A stretch of DNA of 64,000 bases from an uncultured Candidatus Saccharibacteria bacterium (GTDB lineage: Bacteria > Patescibacteriota > Saccharimonadia > Saccharimonadales > 2-12-FULL-41-12). The stretch covers positions 60,599 to 124,598 of the forward strand of contig CAZTQB010000001.1 in NCBI GenBank assembly GCA_964615775.1, read 5' to 3'. The translations under genes were made by a program, and so were the position numbers. Shown here in pieces: positions 1 through 10,427 of this stretch. The notes beneath the pieces are model-generated. The model saw only the letters and a list, made by a program, of their open reading frames with translations, was not told the origin of the DNA and did no database searches. Positions within the stretch are counted from its first letter, which is position 1; every line of letters starts with the position of its first letter.

Positions 1-335
1 ATAATATTGATGGTAAAAAGGCTGAGAAGGCAACCTGTGAGTATTTAAAAAAACTTGGCTACAAAGTATTAGACACTAACTGGAAGACTCCAAAATGCGA
101 GATTGATATTGTTGCAAAAATAGACAACTGTATACATTTTGTCGAAGTTAAATACCGCAAAAGCTCAGCTCAAGGCACTGGATTTGAGTACATAACATAT
201 ACCAAACAAAACCAAATGTCTTATGCGGCACATGTTTGGGTGATATGTAATAATTGGCAAGGTGAGTATTGTCTCTCGGCGGCCAGTGTTTCTGGTGCTA
301 ATTTTGACGTAGAATTTATAAAGCAGATTATCTAA
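1..335 (+). CDS. yraN: YraN-family (UPF0102) endonuclease, 5'-truncated at window edge
   Basis: Frame-3 translation is open from the edge to TAA at 333-335: NIDGKKAEKATCEYLKKLGYKVLDTNWKTPKCEIDIVAKIDNCIHFVEVKYRKSSAQG... This fits the YraN core pattern (..AE..A..YL...GY.IL..N.....GEIDI.A......FVEVK.R). It is absent from the ORF track because there is no Met within the window. Confidence 0.6.
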   Translation, partial: NIDGKKAEKATCEYLKKLGYKVLDTNWKTPKCEIDIVAKIDNCIHFVEVKYRKSSAQGTGFEYITYTKQNQMSYAAHVWVICNNWQGEYCLSAASVSGANFDVEFIKQII

Positions 336-337
336 AA

Positions 338-2911
338 TTAATTTGATGAGAAATATTTTTGAAGTTTTGGCAGGTCGCGACTGTGCCATTCGATGCGAGC
401 TGAAATTTCGTTTTTGGCAATTTTGATATTTCGAGCTAGAGCAGGTTGCTCGAGCATCGGGTCAAAGAAATCGCAGAATCTTTTTAACCAATCTGTTGTT
501 TGCATCGGTGCTGCGGCGTATTGGATAAAATTGTCTAAAGATTTGCCGCCACTAAATAACTCGTCTAGGTACTGCCAATTATCAACTAGCCATTGCCAAG
601 TGACTTCTCGAGTGTACTTGTTGCGAAGCAAATAAGCAGTCCAATAGAAATAGTCTTGTGGTCTGACAAAACCATCTTTCTTGAGTCCCTCACTTAGTAG
701 GCTACTTGCCGTTTTGGGTGACTTAGTAGAGCATAATGCCGCCCGTATGGCATATTTAATCTCGGGGTCATTGTTAGTTGTGTAAACATCTAGTAATTTT
801 TTTATTATTTGAGGTGTTTCAAAATTCCGCACCACACACGACAATACGAGCGAACGTCTTTCTGCTGGCAGTGATGTAATATCTATGGAGTTATACATAT
901 TTAGAGCATGATCTAGGGCAGATTTATCTTCGCTTGCTAGCATTAAGCCGATCATTGTAGAGCGAAGGTGAATAGTGTTAGGATTTTCATTTATTTCGTC
1001 TGTCCAGCCAAGTTTTTGGAAGTTTGCTTGAGCGATATTATGTCTAAAAGTTTTAATGCCGTTTTCAACCGTATCGTCGAATTCGCCTATAGTTGCCGCT
1101 AAGTTTATCTGTCGACAAATTAATGACCACACTGCATCACGTGGTTCATTTTGCATGGATTTGGTGATATCTAAGCTTTCGGTAATTGAGCTTATGCCTG
1201 CTCGCGTAAGTAGACTTAGGTCATTTAGGACGTTTATCTTGCCCTGAGATGATATTTGGTCGGTACCACCAAGCATATTGTAAATATCTTTTCTATCTTG
1301 TCTGTCTTCGTAATAACATACAAAATGCCCACTGCCGTTTTGGTTTAAGAGTGGTAATTTATTTTCAAATTGTATGGTTTGTTCGGTTTTATCAAGTACA
1401 TCATGGTTAAGTGGCTGGTTTGGCAATAGGGGAACTATCCATTTATTGCTGTCGGACTTTTTGTTAAGTAAAAATCTTGCTTGAGTTAAAAGACGCTGAT
1501 CAGGTCTCGATTGGTTTTTGATAGTAATTAGAGGCAAACCAGACTGCTCAAGCCAAGGAGTCATGAGTTTGGAGATGTTCTTGTTACTGGCATCGCTCAT
1601 ACATTGCCATAAATCTTCACGAGTAGTGTTTTGGTATGCAAATTTGGTAAAGTAGTTTTTTAGACCTGTTCTGAAAACATCTTCTCCTATATAATCAATC
1701 ATCATTTTTATCAATCGGCCACCCTTGGCATAGACTATTGCCGGGTCAAATAGTGATGCTATTTCGTCAGGATGCTTTACGGTTACTCCGACATTTTGAA
1801 CGCCTTCGTAGACATCTTTACTAGAACAGGCAATGATATCATGTGAAGCGTAACTTTCCCACTGTTTCCAATCTGGGTGCAAATTGTCTAAAGCAACATG
1901 TTCCATAATGCTGGCAAAACTTTCGTTTAACCAAAGGTCGTCCCACCATTTCATCGTCACCAAATTTCCAAACCATTGGTGTGATAATTCGTGAGCGACT
2001 ACCATAGCGACGTACTGTTCGGCCGATATAGAACGATTACTTGGGTCGGTTAACAGAGCTACTTCGCGGTAAGTAATCAGGCCCCAGTTTTCCATTGCTC
2101 CAGATTCAAAATCAGGAATTGCGACTTGATCGCATTTTTTAAGTGGAAAATTGACACCGAAGTAATCTTCATAAAAATCAATAATTTTAACGGCTTCTTG
2201 AGTTGCGAAGTTCAGTTTTTCTTTAGGCTGAATTGTACTGGCGTAAGAACGAACTTTTATACCCCTTTTAGTAGTTGCTTCTACAAAATGTAGGTTGCCA
2301 ATTACAAATGCTAGTAAGTAACATGACATCACTGGAGACGACTCAAAGATGGTGGTTTTGGTAGTTTTAGAAATCTTTTCAGACTTTATTTCTGTGTTGG
2401 CCAAGACTACTACGTCGTTTTTAGTTTGCAAGCTTAAGTCAAAAGTAGCTTTAGCTTCTGGTTCATCAATACAGGGAAAGGCTTCGCGAGCGTGATGACT
2501 TTCAAACTGAGTAGTAAAAATGTATTCTTTTTTACCTTCATAGTCAAAAGTAGATGGGTAGAAGCCAACTGTCTGGCCGTCTACAAATTTCCCACTAAAT
2601 TCAATCTCTACAGAGTATTCGCCTGGATAGAGCATTTGGTCGGCATGCAATCTAACTTCGTCATATGATTTATGGCAGTTTACTCTAGTAATTTCAATGT
2701 CTTCTTGGCCTTTTTTGCTAAATTTTGTAACTTTTGCCTTTATAATTTTTAAGTTTTTTTGGTGAAATGTTAGTCTTTCGCTGGGTTTACCAACTTTTTT
2801 TCCGCTTATTACAACTTTGCCATTAAAAGCCATGTTTGGCTCGTCAATATTGATGTGTAACTGGTAGTTGCTAGGTCTGTAACCCTCGTAAAGTCGTTTT
2901 ATTTTGCTCAT
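338..2911 (-). CDS. pepN: Aminopeptidase N (M1 zinc metallopeptidase)
   Basis: 857-aa ORF with the GAMEN exopeptidase motif (GAMENWGLITYRE) and the HExxH-x18-E zinc site (HELSHQWFGNLVTMKWWDDLWLNESFA). Length is typical of PepN. Confidence 0.9.
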   Translation of the reverse strand: MSKIKRLYEGYRPSNYQLHINIDEPNMAFNGKVVISGKKVGKPSERLTFHQKNLKIIKAKVTKFSKKGQEDIEITRVNCHKSYDEVRLHADQMLYPGEYSVEIEFSGKFVDGQTVGFYPSTFDYEGKKEYIFTTQFESHHAREAFPCIDEPEAKATFDLSLQTKNDVVVLANTEIKSEKISKTTKTTIFESSPVMSCYLLAFVIGNLHFVEATTKRGIKVRSYASTIQPKEKLNFATQEAVKIIDFYEDYFGVNFPLKKCDQVAIPDFESGAMENWGLITYREVALLTDPSNRSISAEQYVAMVVAHELSHQWFGNLVTMKWWDDLWLNESFASIMEHVALDNLHPDWKQWESYASHDIIACSSKDVYEGVQNVGVTVKHPDEIASLFDPAIVYAKGGRLIKMMIDYIGEDVFRTGLKNYFTKFAYQNTTREDLWQCMSDASNKNISKLMTPWLEQSGLPLITIKNQSRPDQRLLTQARFLLNKKSDSNKWIVPLLPNQPLNHDVLDKTEQTIQFENKLPLLNQNGSGHFVCYYEDRQDRKDIYNMLGGTDQISSQGKINVLNDLSLLTRAGISSITESLDITKSMQNEPRDAVWSLICRQINLAATIGEFDDTVENGIKTFRHNIAQANFQKLGWTDEINENPNTIHLRSTMIGLMLASEDKSALDHALNMYNSIDITSLPAERRSLVLSCVVRNFETPQIIKKLLDVYTTNNDPEIKYAIRAALCSTKSPKTASSLLSEGLKKDGFVRPQDYFYWTAYLLRNKYTREVTWQWLVDNWQYLDELFSGGKSLDNFIQYAAAPMQTTDWLKRFCDFFDPMLEQPALARNIKIAKNEISARIEWHSRDLPKLQKYFSSN

Positions 2912-2961
2912 CTCAATATTTTACCGATATTTGTGACTAAAAACCAATTTAACTAAACCAA

Positions 2962-3699
2962 TTATTTTATTGCTAATTGTTTATGTGCTTTGGCTAAACA
3001 TTTTTCCATAGCTTGCTTGGTTTCATCTAAAATTTCTCTAGTGGCTTTGATGACTAACCGTTGATTTTGCCCATTTATTATACTTTCGTCACTAGGATCA
3101 TAGAGTTCTGACAAGTCAGGTGGAAATATTGGCTCGCCAAAATCAACATGTAAGCTTCTGGGGTGAAAAAAACGTTTAAATCTTTCTGAACCTGCAATAC
3201 CAACTGGCACAATTGGCACACCGCCAGCTAAACATGCAATTATTCCAAATCCTCTATGAATTTTATCGACTTCTGGCCCAGTTTTTACTCTTTGTTCGGG
3301 AAAGATAACTAAACTTTTGTCGTCATTTAATGACGATATTGCCATATGAAATGTTTCTGGCTCAGGGTTACGGCGATCTACGGGTATTACTCCTGCTGCA
3401 CGGAACCACCAACCAAGTGGCGGGAAGAATAATTCTTTCTTGGCCAAGAAAACAAGGTCTTTTTCTGGTAATGCCATTGCTATCGCCGGAACATCGTTAA
3501 ACCCTCGGTGTGTAGGTGCAAGAATCACTGGACCATCTGGAACGTTCTCACTTCCGCTAGTACCTTGATCTGTTAGTCCAAATAGAGTTTGGGTACTTTT
3601 TAACGAAAACTCATAAAACGGATTACGAGCTTGTATAATTCTCTCCGGTTCAAATTCTTGTTGGGTTTCTCTAGTCTCCATTATTTTTATCATATACAA
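2962..3699 (-). CDS. plsC: 1-acyl-sn-glycerol-3-phosphate acyltransferase family (lysophospholipid acyltransferase)
   Basis: 245 aa. H(x)4D acyltransferase motif (APTHRGFND) and an FPEGTR-like motif (VIFPEQRV). The true start may be the third ATG (METRETQQ). Confidence 0.65.
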   Translation of the reverse strand: MYMIKIMETRETQQEFEPERIIQARNPFYEFSLKSTQTLFGLTDQGTSGSENVPDGPVILAPTHRGFNDVPAIAMALPEKDLVFLAKKELFFPPLGWWFRAAGVIPVDRRNPEPETFHMAISSLNDDKSLVIFPEQRVKTGPEVDKIHRGFGIIACLAGGVPIVPVGIAGSERFKRFFHPRSLHVDFGEPIFPPDLSELYDPSDESIINGQNQRLVIKATREILDETKQAMEKCLAKAHKQLAIK

Positions 3700-3850
3700 T
3701 CCATACTAAATAATAAATTGCTTATTGTTAAATTATTAAAGTTTGCATATTTTAAGTTTTTTTGGTATATTTAAAGCATTGTCCGACCAACTGAGGTCGG
3801 ATTTTTTTATGAAAACATCTGTTTCTAGAGTTAGTACAAAGGAGGAGAAA

Positions 3851-5014
3851 ATGGATATAGATATAAAGCAGTTAGGTAGCGTGATCTCAGCTATAGCTAA
3901 CGAAAAAAATTTACCTGAAGATTCAGTTCAAGAAGTGGTTGAGCAAGCCTTAGCGGCGGCTTATCGTAAAGATTTTGGTGACCGAGAACAAGAAGTACGT
4001 GTTTCGATCAATACTAAAACCGGTGATCTTGATGTGTATGCCAGTAAAGAGGTAGTAGAAAAAGTTGGTGATGAACGATTTGAAGTATCGGTTAGTGATG
4101 CTCAGAAGTTGAAAAAAGACGCAGTGATTGGTGACATGATTGAATTTCATGGTAAAGCCGATAGTTTTGGTCGTGTTGCGGCTCAGACTGCCAAGCAAGT
4201 TATTCTGCAACGGCTTCGTGAAGCTGAAAGAGAAGTGATTATGAATGAATTTCAGGATAAAATTGGCTCGGTAGTCAACAGTGTAGTAGCTCGGGCTGAA
4301 GGTAGGATTGTCCGAATGGAGCTTGGTAAGGCACAAGCAATTATGCCAGCTAGCGAACAGATTCAGGGTGAGCGATATTACCCTGGTCAGCGTCTTAAAG
4401 TTTATCTGAAAGATGTAGAACGCGGTTTTCGTGGTCCGCAATTGGTCGTCTCGCGTGGTTCTATCGAATTTTTGAAGGCACTATTTAGAGCAGAAGTACC
4501 AGAGATGGAAAACGACTCAGTTGCTATCATAGAAATTGCTAGAGAAGCCGGTGTTCGATCTAAATTAGCCGTAGCCAGTACCGTGCAAGGTGTTGACCCA
4601 GTTGGTACATTTGTAGGTGGTCATGGTACTAGAGTTAACGCTGTAATGAGTGAAATTGGTGAGCAAGAAAAAATCGATATTGTAGTATGGGATGAAGACC
4701 CAGTAAAATTTATTAGCAATGCTCTAAGTCCAACAAAAGTTAGCTCTGTTAAACTAGATAAAGATGCTAAGCGTGCTGAAGTACATGTGCCAGAAGACCA
4801 ATTAAGTATAGCGATTGGTAAAAGTGGCCAAAATGTTCGTCTGGCTAGCAAATTAACTGGTTATGAGATAGATATTGTCAATAATGACAAAACGACTGAA
4901 GTTGACAAAACAGCTGAAGTTAACACTTCTAAGCCGCTAGGTGGCCAGAAACTAAAACGCAAAGACCAGCTTGAATCTAGTCTACTAGAAGCCATCGAAG
5001 AACATGGCGAGTAG
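3851..5014 (+). CDS. nusA: Transcription termination/antitermination factor NusA
   Basis: N-terminal NusA domain, S1 and two KH regions recognisable (MDIDIKQLGSVISAIANEKNLPEDSV..., ...GKSGQNVRLASKLTGYEIDI). Strong SD AAGGAGGAG sits 5 nt upstream of ATG 3851. The track's upstream extension to 3743 lacks an RBS. Confidence 0.9.
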   Translation: MDIDIKQLGSVISAIANEKNLPEDSVQEVVEQALAAAYRKDFGDREQEVRVSINTKTGDLDVYASKEVVEKVGDERFEVSVSDAQKLKKDAVIGDMIEFHGKADSFGRVAAQTAKQVILQRLREAEREVIMNEFQDKIGSVVNSVVARAEGRIVRMELGKAQAIMPASEQIQGERYYPGQRLKVYLKDVERGFRGPQLVVSRGSIEFLKALFRAEVPEMENDSVAIIEIAREAGVRSKLAVASTVQGVDPVGTFVGGHGTRVNAVMSEIGEQEKIDIVVWDEDPVKFISNALSPTKVSSVKLDKDAKRAEVHVPEDQLSIAIGKSGQNVRLASKLTGYEIDIVNNDKTTEVDKTAEVNTSKPLGGQKLKRKDQLESSLLEAIEEHGE

Positions 5015-5452
5015 GCAGCTTTGCATCAATATATAAAGTACTAAAATTTCGAACAATGCAAAACAGTAATCATGTAGGTTTATTTCGGACAATACTGTTT
5101 TACATATTACTTTTTATTAATTTTTTAATACTAAGCGTTTTTAGTATGGGCAATTTTAACTTTGGTGACGCCTCCAAAAGACAATCTAGAGTATGATGCA
5201 GGTGTGGGAATGTGTATTATGATTTGTATTTTTTTATGACATTTTTTACACCCTTTGCTTTCTTAGTTAAATACTTCTATGGCAGACCAAAAATTGTTTT
5301 TAAAAATAAGATTGCTAACGTAGCTGCTTTGCTGGTGCTTTATGTAAATTTGGCTCTAATCATTTTAGTATTTTCTTCATATATTGGCTCTTCACTTCTA
5401 TCATTGGCTGAAAAATTTCGGTAGGATTGTTTGCTAGCCTTTAATAAAATAA

Positions 5453-5479
5453 TTGGCACTCTGGGTTGACGAGTGCCAA
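5453..5479. promoter_or_regulatory. CIRCE-type inverted repeat (HrcA operator-like) upstream of clpC
   Basis: TTGGCACTC-tgggttgac-GAGTGCCAA is a perfect 9-bp inverted repeat with a 9-nt spacer. CIRCE consensus is TTAGCACTC-N9-GAGTGCTAA. It lies about 46 nt upstream of the clpC start. Confidence 0.6.
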
Positions 5480-5525
5480 TCTTTGCTTTATCATAAATGT
5501 TAGTGAGCTGTAACCTCGCTAGAAA

Positions 5526-8018
5526 GTGTGGCAAAATATGAATCCAATTTCACCTGATTTTCAAGAATTTTTGAATCATTTGACCAATGACGCTCTGATG
5601 TCGCTTAGAAATGCCGACTCTATTGCTCGTGGTACGGGTAATCCTTACGTTGGCACCGAACATATTCTGTTAGGTATTTTAGCTCAAGAATCGTCAGTTG
5701 GTTCAAAAATTTTGGAAGGTTGCGGTATAACACTGACCAAAGCTCGTCACAAGCTTAGCACTTCGACTCAGCCAATTCAGACCTATGAGGCTAAGGGCTT
5801 AAGCGAAGTTGCTAAATTAACGCTGAGAATGGCTTATGAAATATCGCAGGATTATGGTCAGGACTTTTGCGGCACTGAACACATACTATTAAGCTTGCTC
5901 AGCCAAAAGAACGGTCGAGCTATTGAGATGCTAAAAGAAATGGGTGTTGATACTGGACAGTTAGTTTTAGAGATTGAAAAGGTTGTAGCTAAGCAAAATG
6001 AAAGTGGACATGGTGGTGTAGAGATTTTAAACAAAGTCAAAAAGTCCAAAAACACAGTTTTAGATTTGTTTGGGATTGATCTGACATCTCAGGCTCGGGC
6101 AGGTAAGTTGGATCCGGTCATTGGACGTGAGGCACAAATTAGACGCGTAATTACTATTTTGAGTCGTCGAACTAAAAATAATCCGGTGCTTATTGGTGAA
6201 CCGGGTGTTGGTAAAACAGCTATTGTCGAAGGTTTGGCTAGCCGAATTGTGGCCGAAGATGTGCCAGATACACTGCTCGACAAAAAAATTTACACGCTCG
6301 ATCTCGCTGGCATGATAGCTGGCACTAAATATCGTGGTGAATTTGAAGATAGGCTAAAAAAATTGATGAAAGAGTTGGAAACATCGAAAAACGTTATTGT
6401 GTTTATAGATGAGCTGCATTTGTTAGTTGGAGCTGGTGCTGCTGAAGGAGCGATGGACGCGGCCAATATACTAAAACCAGCTTTGGCTCGTGGTAAACTT
6501 CAGCTTATTGGTGCAACTACTACAACTGAGTACACCAAATATATTGAAAAAGACGGTGCTTTAGAACGACGTTTACAGCCAGTGCAGGTACCAGAGGCTA
6601 CCGAGCAGGAATCGTTACAGATATTAAAAGGGCTAAAAAAGCATTATGAGTCATTTCATAACGTCAAGATTGGCGATGATGTTTTAGAAGACACGGCTCG
6701 GTTTGCTACACGCTACATTCGTGACAGATTTTTGCCGGATAAAGCGATTGATTTATTAGATGAAGCAGCTGCACATCTGAGAGTCGATAAAGCCAAGTCT
6801 TCACCGGAGCTACGTAAAGCACAAAAAGATTTGCAAATTTTACAGCTTAAGATTGAAGATGCCGCTGCCGCCGAAGACTATAAATTGGCCGCTGACTATA
6901 AAACTCAGGCATCGAAGCTAGCTCAGAAACTATCAGATATGCAAATTGACCAAAAAAATGAAGAAAAATTGGTCTTAAGTAGCGATGATGTAGCGAAAGT
7001 TGTATCTCGGATTACCGGTATACCAGTCAGCAATGTAATAAAAAGTGAAGCAAAGCATTTATTAGCTCTCGAGAAGCACCTTGCTAAGCAGATTATCGGT
7101 CAAAATGAGGCCATTGAAGCTGTGTCGAAAGCTGTGCGGAGAAGTCGCAGCGGAGTATCCGATATTCATAGGCCAAGTGGCTCGTTTATTTTCCTGGGGC
7201 CAACTGGTGTTGGAAAAACTGAGCTTGCCAGAGTATTGGCCAAAGAGTTTTTTGGCAGCGAGAATAATCTTATAAAGATTGATATGAGCGAATTTGGCGA
7301 AAAGCACACAGCTTCGCGATTGGTTGGTGCAACAGCTGGCTATGTTGGCTATGATGATGGTGGTCAATTAACAGACAAAGTTCGTCGTCAACCATACAGT
7401 TTAGTTTTATTTGATGAAATCGAAAAAGCCCACCCCGATGTCTTTAACTTGTTATTGCAGATTCTGGAAGATGGCCAGTTAACAGATGGCAAAGGTCGAG
7501 TAATTGATTTTTCTAATGCAATTATTATTATGACTAGCAATATCGGAGCTGAAAAGCTGCAAAAAGAATCGCGTTTAGGTTTTGAGGTTAGGACCAAAAA
7601 AGATGCTGAAGACTTAGATGACTTACACGAAAAAAATAAGCAGTCTGTACTAGAATCTTTGCAAAAAATTATGCGTCCTGAGCTACTTAATCGAGTTGAT
7701 AAAGTAATTGTTTTTCGTTCACTGACTAGAGACGAAATTAAACAAATATTGGATATTCAGTTAGCTAAAATATCAGCTAGGTTAATCAAATCTGGTTTGA
7801 TTATAAAAATGTCTAGTGCAGCTAAGAACTATTTGGCAGAAAATGGTTATGATGTAAAAAATGGAGTGCGACCACTACGTCGAATTTTGCAGGAAACTAT
7901 CGAGGAAGAGATTGCCGACGGCTTGCTTGCTCAGCGTTATGTACCAGGTGTTACAGTAGAAGTTAGCCTCAAAAATGGCAAACTTGCCTACACTGCCGTA
8001 GCCGAAAAGGCTAAATAA
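5526..8018 (+). CDS. clpC: ATP-dependent Clp protease ATP-binding subunit ClpC (class III AAA+ chaperone)
   Basis: Two Clp_N repeats, then AAA-1 ([15 protein letters not shown], Walker B IVFIDELH), a short UVR-like linker ([26 protein letters not shown]) rather than a long ClpB M-domain, then AAA-2 ([11 protein letters not shown]...LFDEIEKAH). The start is probably the ATG at 5538 (MNPISPDF). Confidence 0.85.
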   Translation: MWQNMNPISPDFQEFLNHLTNDALMSLRNADSIARGTGNPYVGTEHILLGILAQESSVGSKILEGCGITLTKARHKLSTSTQPIQTYEAKGLSEVAKLTLRMAYEISQDYGQDFCGTEHILLSLLSQKNGRAIEMLKEMGVDTGQLVLEIEKVVAKQNESGHGGVEILNKVKKSKNTVLDLFGIDLTSQARAGKLDPVIGREAQIRRVITILSRRTKNNPVLIGEPGVGKTAIVEGLASRIVAEDVPDTLLDKKIYTLDLAGMIAGTKYRGEFEDRLKKLMKELETSKNVIVFIDELHLLVGAGAAEGAMDAANILKPALARGKLQLIGATTTTEYTKYIEKDGALERRLQPVQVPEATEQESLQILKGLKKHYESFHNVKIGDDVLEDTARFATRYIRDRFLPDKAIDLLDEAAAHLRVDKAKSSPELRKAQKDLQILQLKIEDAAAAEDYKLAADYKTQASKLAQKLSDMQIDQKNEEKLVLSSDDVAKVVSRITGIPVSNVIKSEAKHLLALEKHLAKQIIGQNEAIEAVSKAVRRSRSGVSDIHRPSGSFIFLGPTGVGKTELARVLAKEFFGSENNLIKIDMSEFGEKHTASRLVGATAGYVGYDDGGQLTDKVRRQPYSLVLFDEIEKAHPDVFNLLLQILEDGQLTDGKGRVIDFSNAIIIMTSNIGAEKLQKESRLGFEVRTKKDAEDLDDLHEKNKQSVLESLQKIMRPELLNRVDKVIVFRSLTRDEIKQILDIQLAKISARLIKSGLIIKMSSAAKNYLAENGYDVKNGVRPLRRILQETIEEEIADGLLAQRYVPGVTVEVSLKNGKLAYTAVAEKAK

Positions 8019-8074
8019 ACCAGCTCTAACCTTAAAGAAGTTTTTAGATGTTTTAATGTATAATTATTGCATAG

Positions 8075-9055
8075 ATGAAATCAAAAACAATCTTAAAAGT
8101 CACCGGTAATTTATTATTTCTCTGTCTAGTCGGGCTGATTATTTACGGAATTTTTAATACTCGTAAAGTAATGGATTACGTTATTTTACATAACTATAAC
8201 CCTCCACAGAGAGTTGTAGAAACTGCCAATAACGCTGAGATGACCGACAAAACTCGCCAAGTTTTTTATGTCAATAAACCAAGTTTTCAGGAAAAAGCAG
8301 ACTTTAAAAATTCTTGTCCACGTGCTGAACAAACCATTGTTTTAGGCTGTTTTGTATCCAATAAAGGTATTTTTATATTAAATGTTCATGATCAGCGACT
8401 CAGTGGGGTTACTGAGGTGACAGCGGCTCACGAAGTACTACATGCCATGTACGACAGACTAAGCAGTTCCGAGAAAGCAAAAGTTGATGCTATGACGGCT
8501 AAAGCGTTCTCTCAGCTCGATAATCAGCGAGTTCGTGACAATGTCGAGGCATATCGCAAGAGTGATCCGTCGGTCGTGCCTAACGAGCTACATTCGATTT
8601 TGGGCAGTGAGATCCGTAATCTACCGCCTGATCTGGAAGACTACTATAAACAATATTTTACAAATCGAGCCAAAATAGTTGATATTTCTGAAAAATACGA
8701 AAAAACTTTTACCGATATCGAGAGCCAAACTAAAACGCTAGAAGCGGATTTGACAAGCTTAAAGAAAGAGCTTGACGATAATGAGGCATCGCTTAATTCA
8801 TTATCGGGCAAAATCGAGCAGCAAAAGAGCCGGCTTGATAGGCTGCTGAAATCTAATCAAGTTGAGCAGTATAACAATGGCGTACCGGAGTTTAATGCTA
8901 TGATTAGCCAGTATAATAGCTTGGTTGAAGTTAGGAAAAGTGATGTGGCGTTATATAACTCTAAAGTCGAGCAGATTAATAGTTTAGTTACAGCTGAAAG
9001 TAATTTGTACAACGAGCTTAAAGTTGATGCAACACCAATCAAGGAAAGCCAATAA
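8075..9055 (+). CDS. Hypothetical membrane-anchored protein with HExxH motif and C-terminal coiled coil
   Basis: N-terminal TM helix (LLFLCLVGLIIYGIF), a central region containing TAAHEVLHAMYD (HExxH), and a C-terminal heptad-rich segment. No confident family assignment from sequence alone. Confidence 0.5.
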   Translation: MKSKTILKVTGNLLFLCLVGLIIYGIFNTRKVMDYVILHNYNPPQRVVETANNAEMTDKTRQVFYVNKPSFQEKADFKNSCPRAEQTIVLGCFVSNKGIFILNVHDQRLSGVTEVTAAHEVLHAMYDRLSSSEKAKVDAMTAKAFSQLDNQRVRDNVEAYRKSDPSVVPNELHSILGSEIRNLPPDLEDYYKQYFTNRAKIVDISEKYEKTFTDIESQTKTLEADLTSLKKELDDNEASLNSLSGKIEQQKSRLDRLLKSNQVEQYNNGVPEFNAMISQYNSLVEVRKSDVALYNSKVEQINSLVTAESNLYNELKVDATPIKESQ

Positions 9056-10417
9056 ATGGTGGCTAAAAGTAGTGTTAGGTTTACTTGCAACAACTGTGGG
9101 GCAAGCTTTGGCTCGTGGTCTGGCAAATGTAGTAGCTGTAGTGAGTGGAATACTCTAGTAGAAGAAGCAGTGATTGTGACCGGTAAAAATGCTAAACAGT
9201 CAAACAATGCCCACAAACTACCGGTTGAAAGTCTGAAAGCAGCTTTTCATCATGATGACTCACAGAGACGACTAACAACTGGCATGAAGAACGTTGACGA
9301 AGTCTTGGGTGGTGGTTTTGTTAAAGGCGGAGTGGTTTTGATTGCTGGCCAGCCAGGGATTGGCAAAAGTACGTTGCTGCTTCAGATTGCAGCTGGACTA
9401 GGCAAAGAAAAATATAAAATTTTGTATGTTAGTGGTGAAGAATCAGCTCATCAAGTTGCAATGCGAGCGACTCGTCTAGGAGCTGATTCTGATAATGTTA
9501 GTTTGGCTTCGGGTAGTAATGTTGAGGATATTATTAAGACGATGTTAGATGATAAGTACGATTTGGTAGTGGTAGACTCGATACAAACCATGATAACAGA
9601 GGCAGTTTCGTCGGCAGCTGGTACAGTTTCACAGATTACAAACTGTGCAAACTTATTGATTAATGCAGCAAAAACATCGAATATTGCTGTGGTATTGGTT
9701 GGTCATGTCAACAAAGAGGGTACAATTGCTGGACCGAAGATTTTGGAGCATGTTGTCGACACTGTTCTGCAACTAGAAGGCGATAGGTACGGTGGCTTTA
9801 AGATACTAAGAAGTATCAAAAACCGTTATGGCTCCACCAACGAAACGGGTATTTTTGAGATGGTCGAAAACGGACTTATGAACGTTGATAATCCATCTGA
9901 AGCATTGCTTAGTGAAAGACAGATTACCGATGGTTCAATAGTCTTGGCAGCAATGGAAGGTAGTCGACCAGTTTTGGTTGAGGTGCAGGCTTTGGTCAAT
10001 AAAACAAGTTATGGCTACCCTAAACGAGCGGCTAGTGGCGTGGAGCTTAACAGAGTAAATTTGCTAATAGCTATGCTAGAACGTCGGACTAAACTTAATC
10101 TTGCTGATCAAGATATATACATCAATATCGTTGGTGGTATTAAAATTGTCGATCCTGGGTTAGATCTGGCGATTTGTATGGCAATTGGCTCGGCAAGCAA
10201 AGGCTTAAAATTGAAAGATGGAGTTGTAGTTTACGGCGAAGTTGGGTTGTCTGGTGAAGTTCGACATGTACCGTTTGCCGAAAAACGCTTGTCTGAGGCC
10301 AAAAAACTTGGTTTTGACACAGCCATTGGTCCCAGGCTGAAAAACTCAGCTAAAAACACCATTTTATGTCCTGTGCCAGACGTACGAACAGCTCTCAATA
10401 CTTATTTAAAAATATAA
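9056..10417 (+). CDS. radA: DNA repair protein RadA/Sms
   Basis: N-terminal C4 zinc finger (CNNCGASFGSWSGKCSSCSEW), RecA-like Walker A (GQPGIGKSTLLLQ), KNRYG motif and a Lon-protease-like C-terminal domain. Confidence 0.9.
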   Translation: MVAKSSVRFTCNNCGASFGSWSGKCSSCSEWNTLVEEAVIVTGKNAKQSNNAHKLPVESLKAAFHHDDSQRRLTTGMKNVDEVLGGGFVKGGVVLIAGQPGIGKSTLLLQIAAGLGKEKYKILYVSGEESAHQVAMRATRLGADSDNVSLASGSNVEDIIKTMLDDKYDLVVVDSIQTMITEAVSSAAGTVSQITNCANLLINAAKTSNIAVVLVGHVNKEGTIAGPKILEHVVDTVLQLEGDRYGGFKILRSIKNRYGSTNETGIFEMVENGLMNVDNPSEALLSERQITDGSIVLAAMEGSRPVLVEVQALVNKTSYGYPKRAASGVELNRVNLLIAMLERRTKLNLADQDIYINIVGGIKIVDPGLDLAICMAIGSASKGLKLKDGVVVYGEVGLSGEVRHVPFAEKRLSEAKKLGFDTAIGPRLKNSAKNTILCPVPDVRTALNTYLKI

Positions 10418-10427
10418 AGGAAAATAG

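Noticed and set aside
165-389. 74-aa minus-strand ORF at the window start
   Set aside because: It overlaps the 3' end of the yraN-like + strand gene and the pepN C-terminus region. No RBS and no recognisable motif.
3743-3850. Upstream extension of nusA (track start 3743)
   Set aside because: The extension encodes a hydrophobic non-NusA peptide and lacks an RBS. A canonical AAGGAGGAG SD precedes the ATG at 3851, where the NusA N-terminal domain begins.
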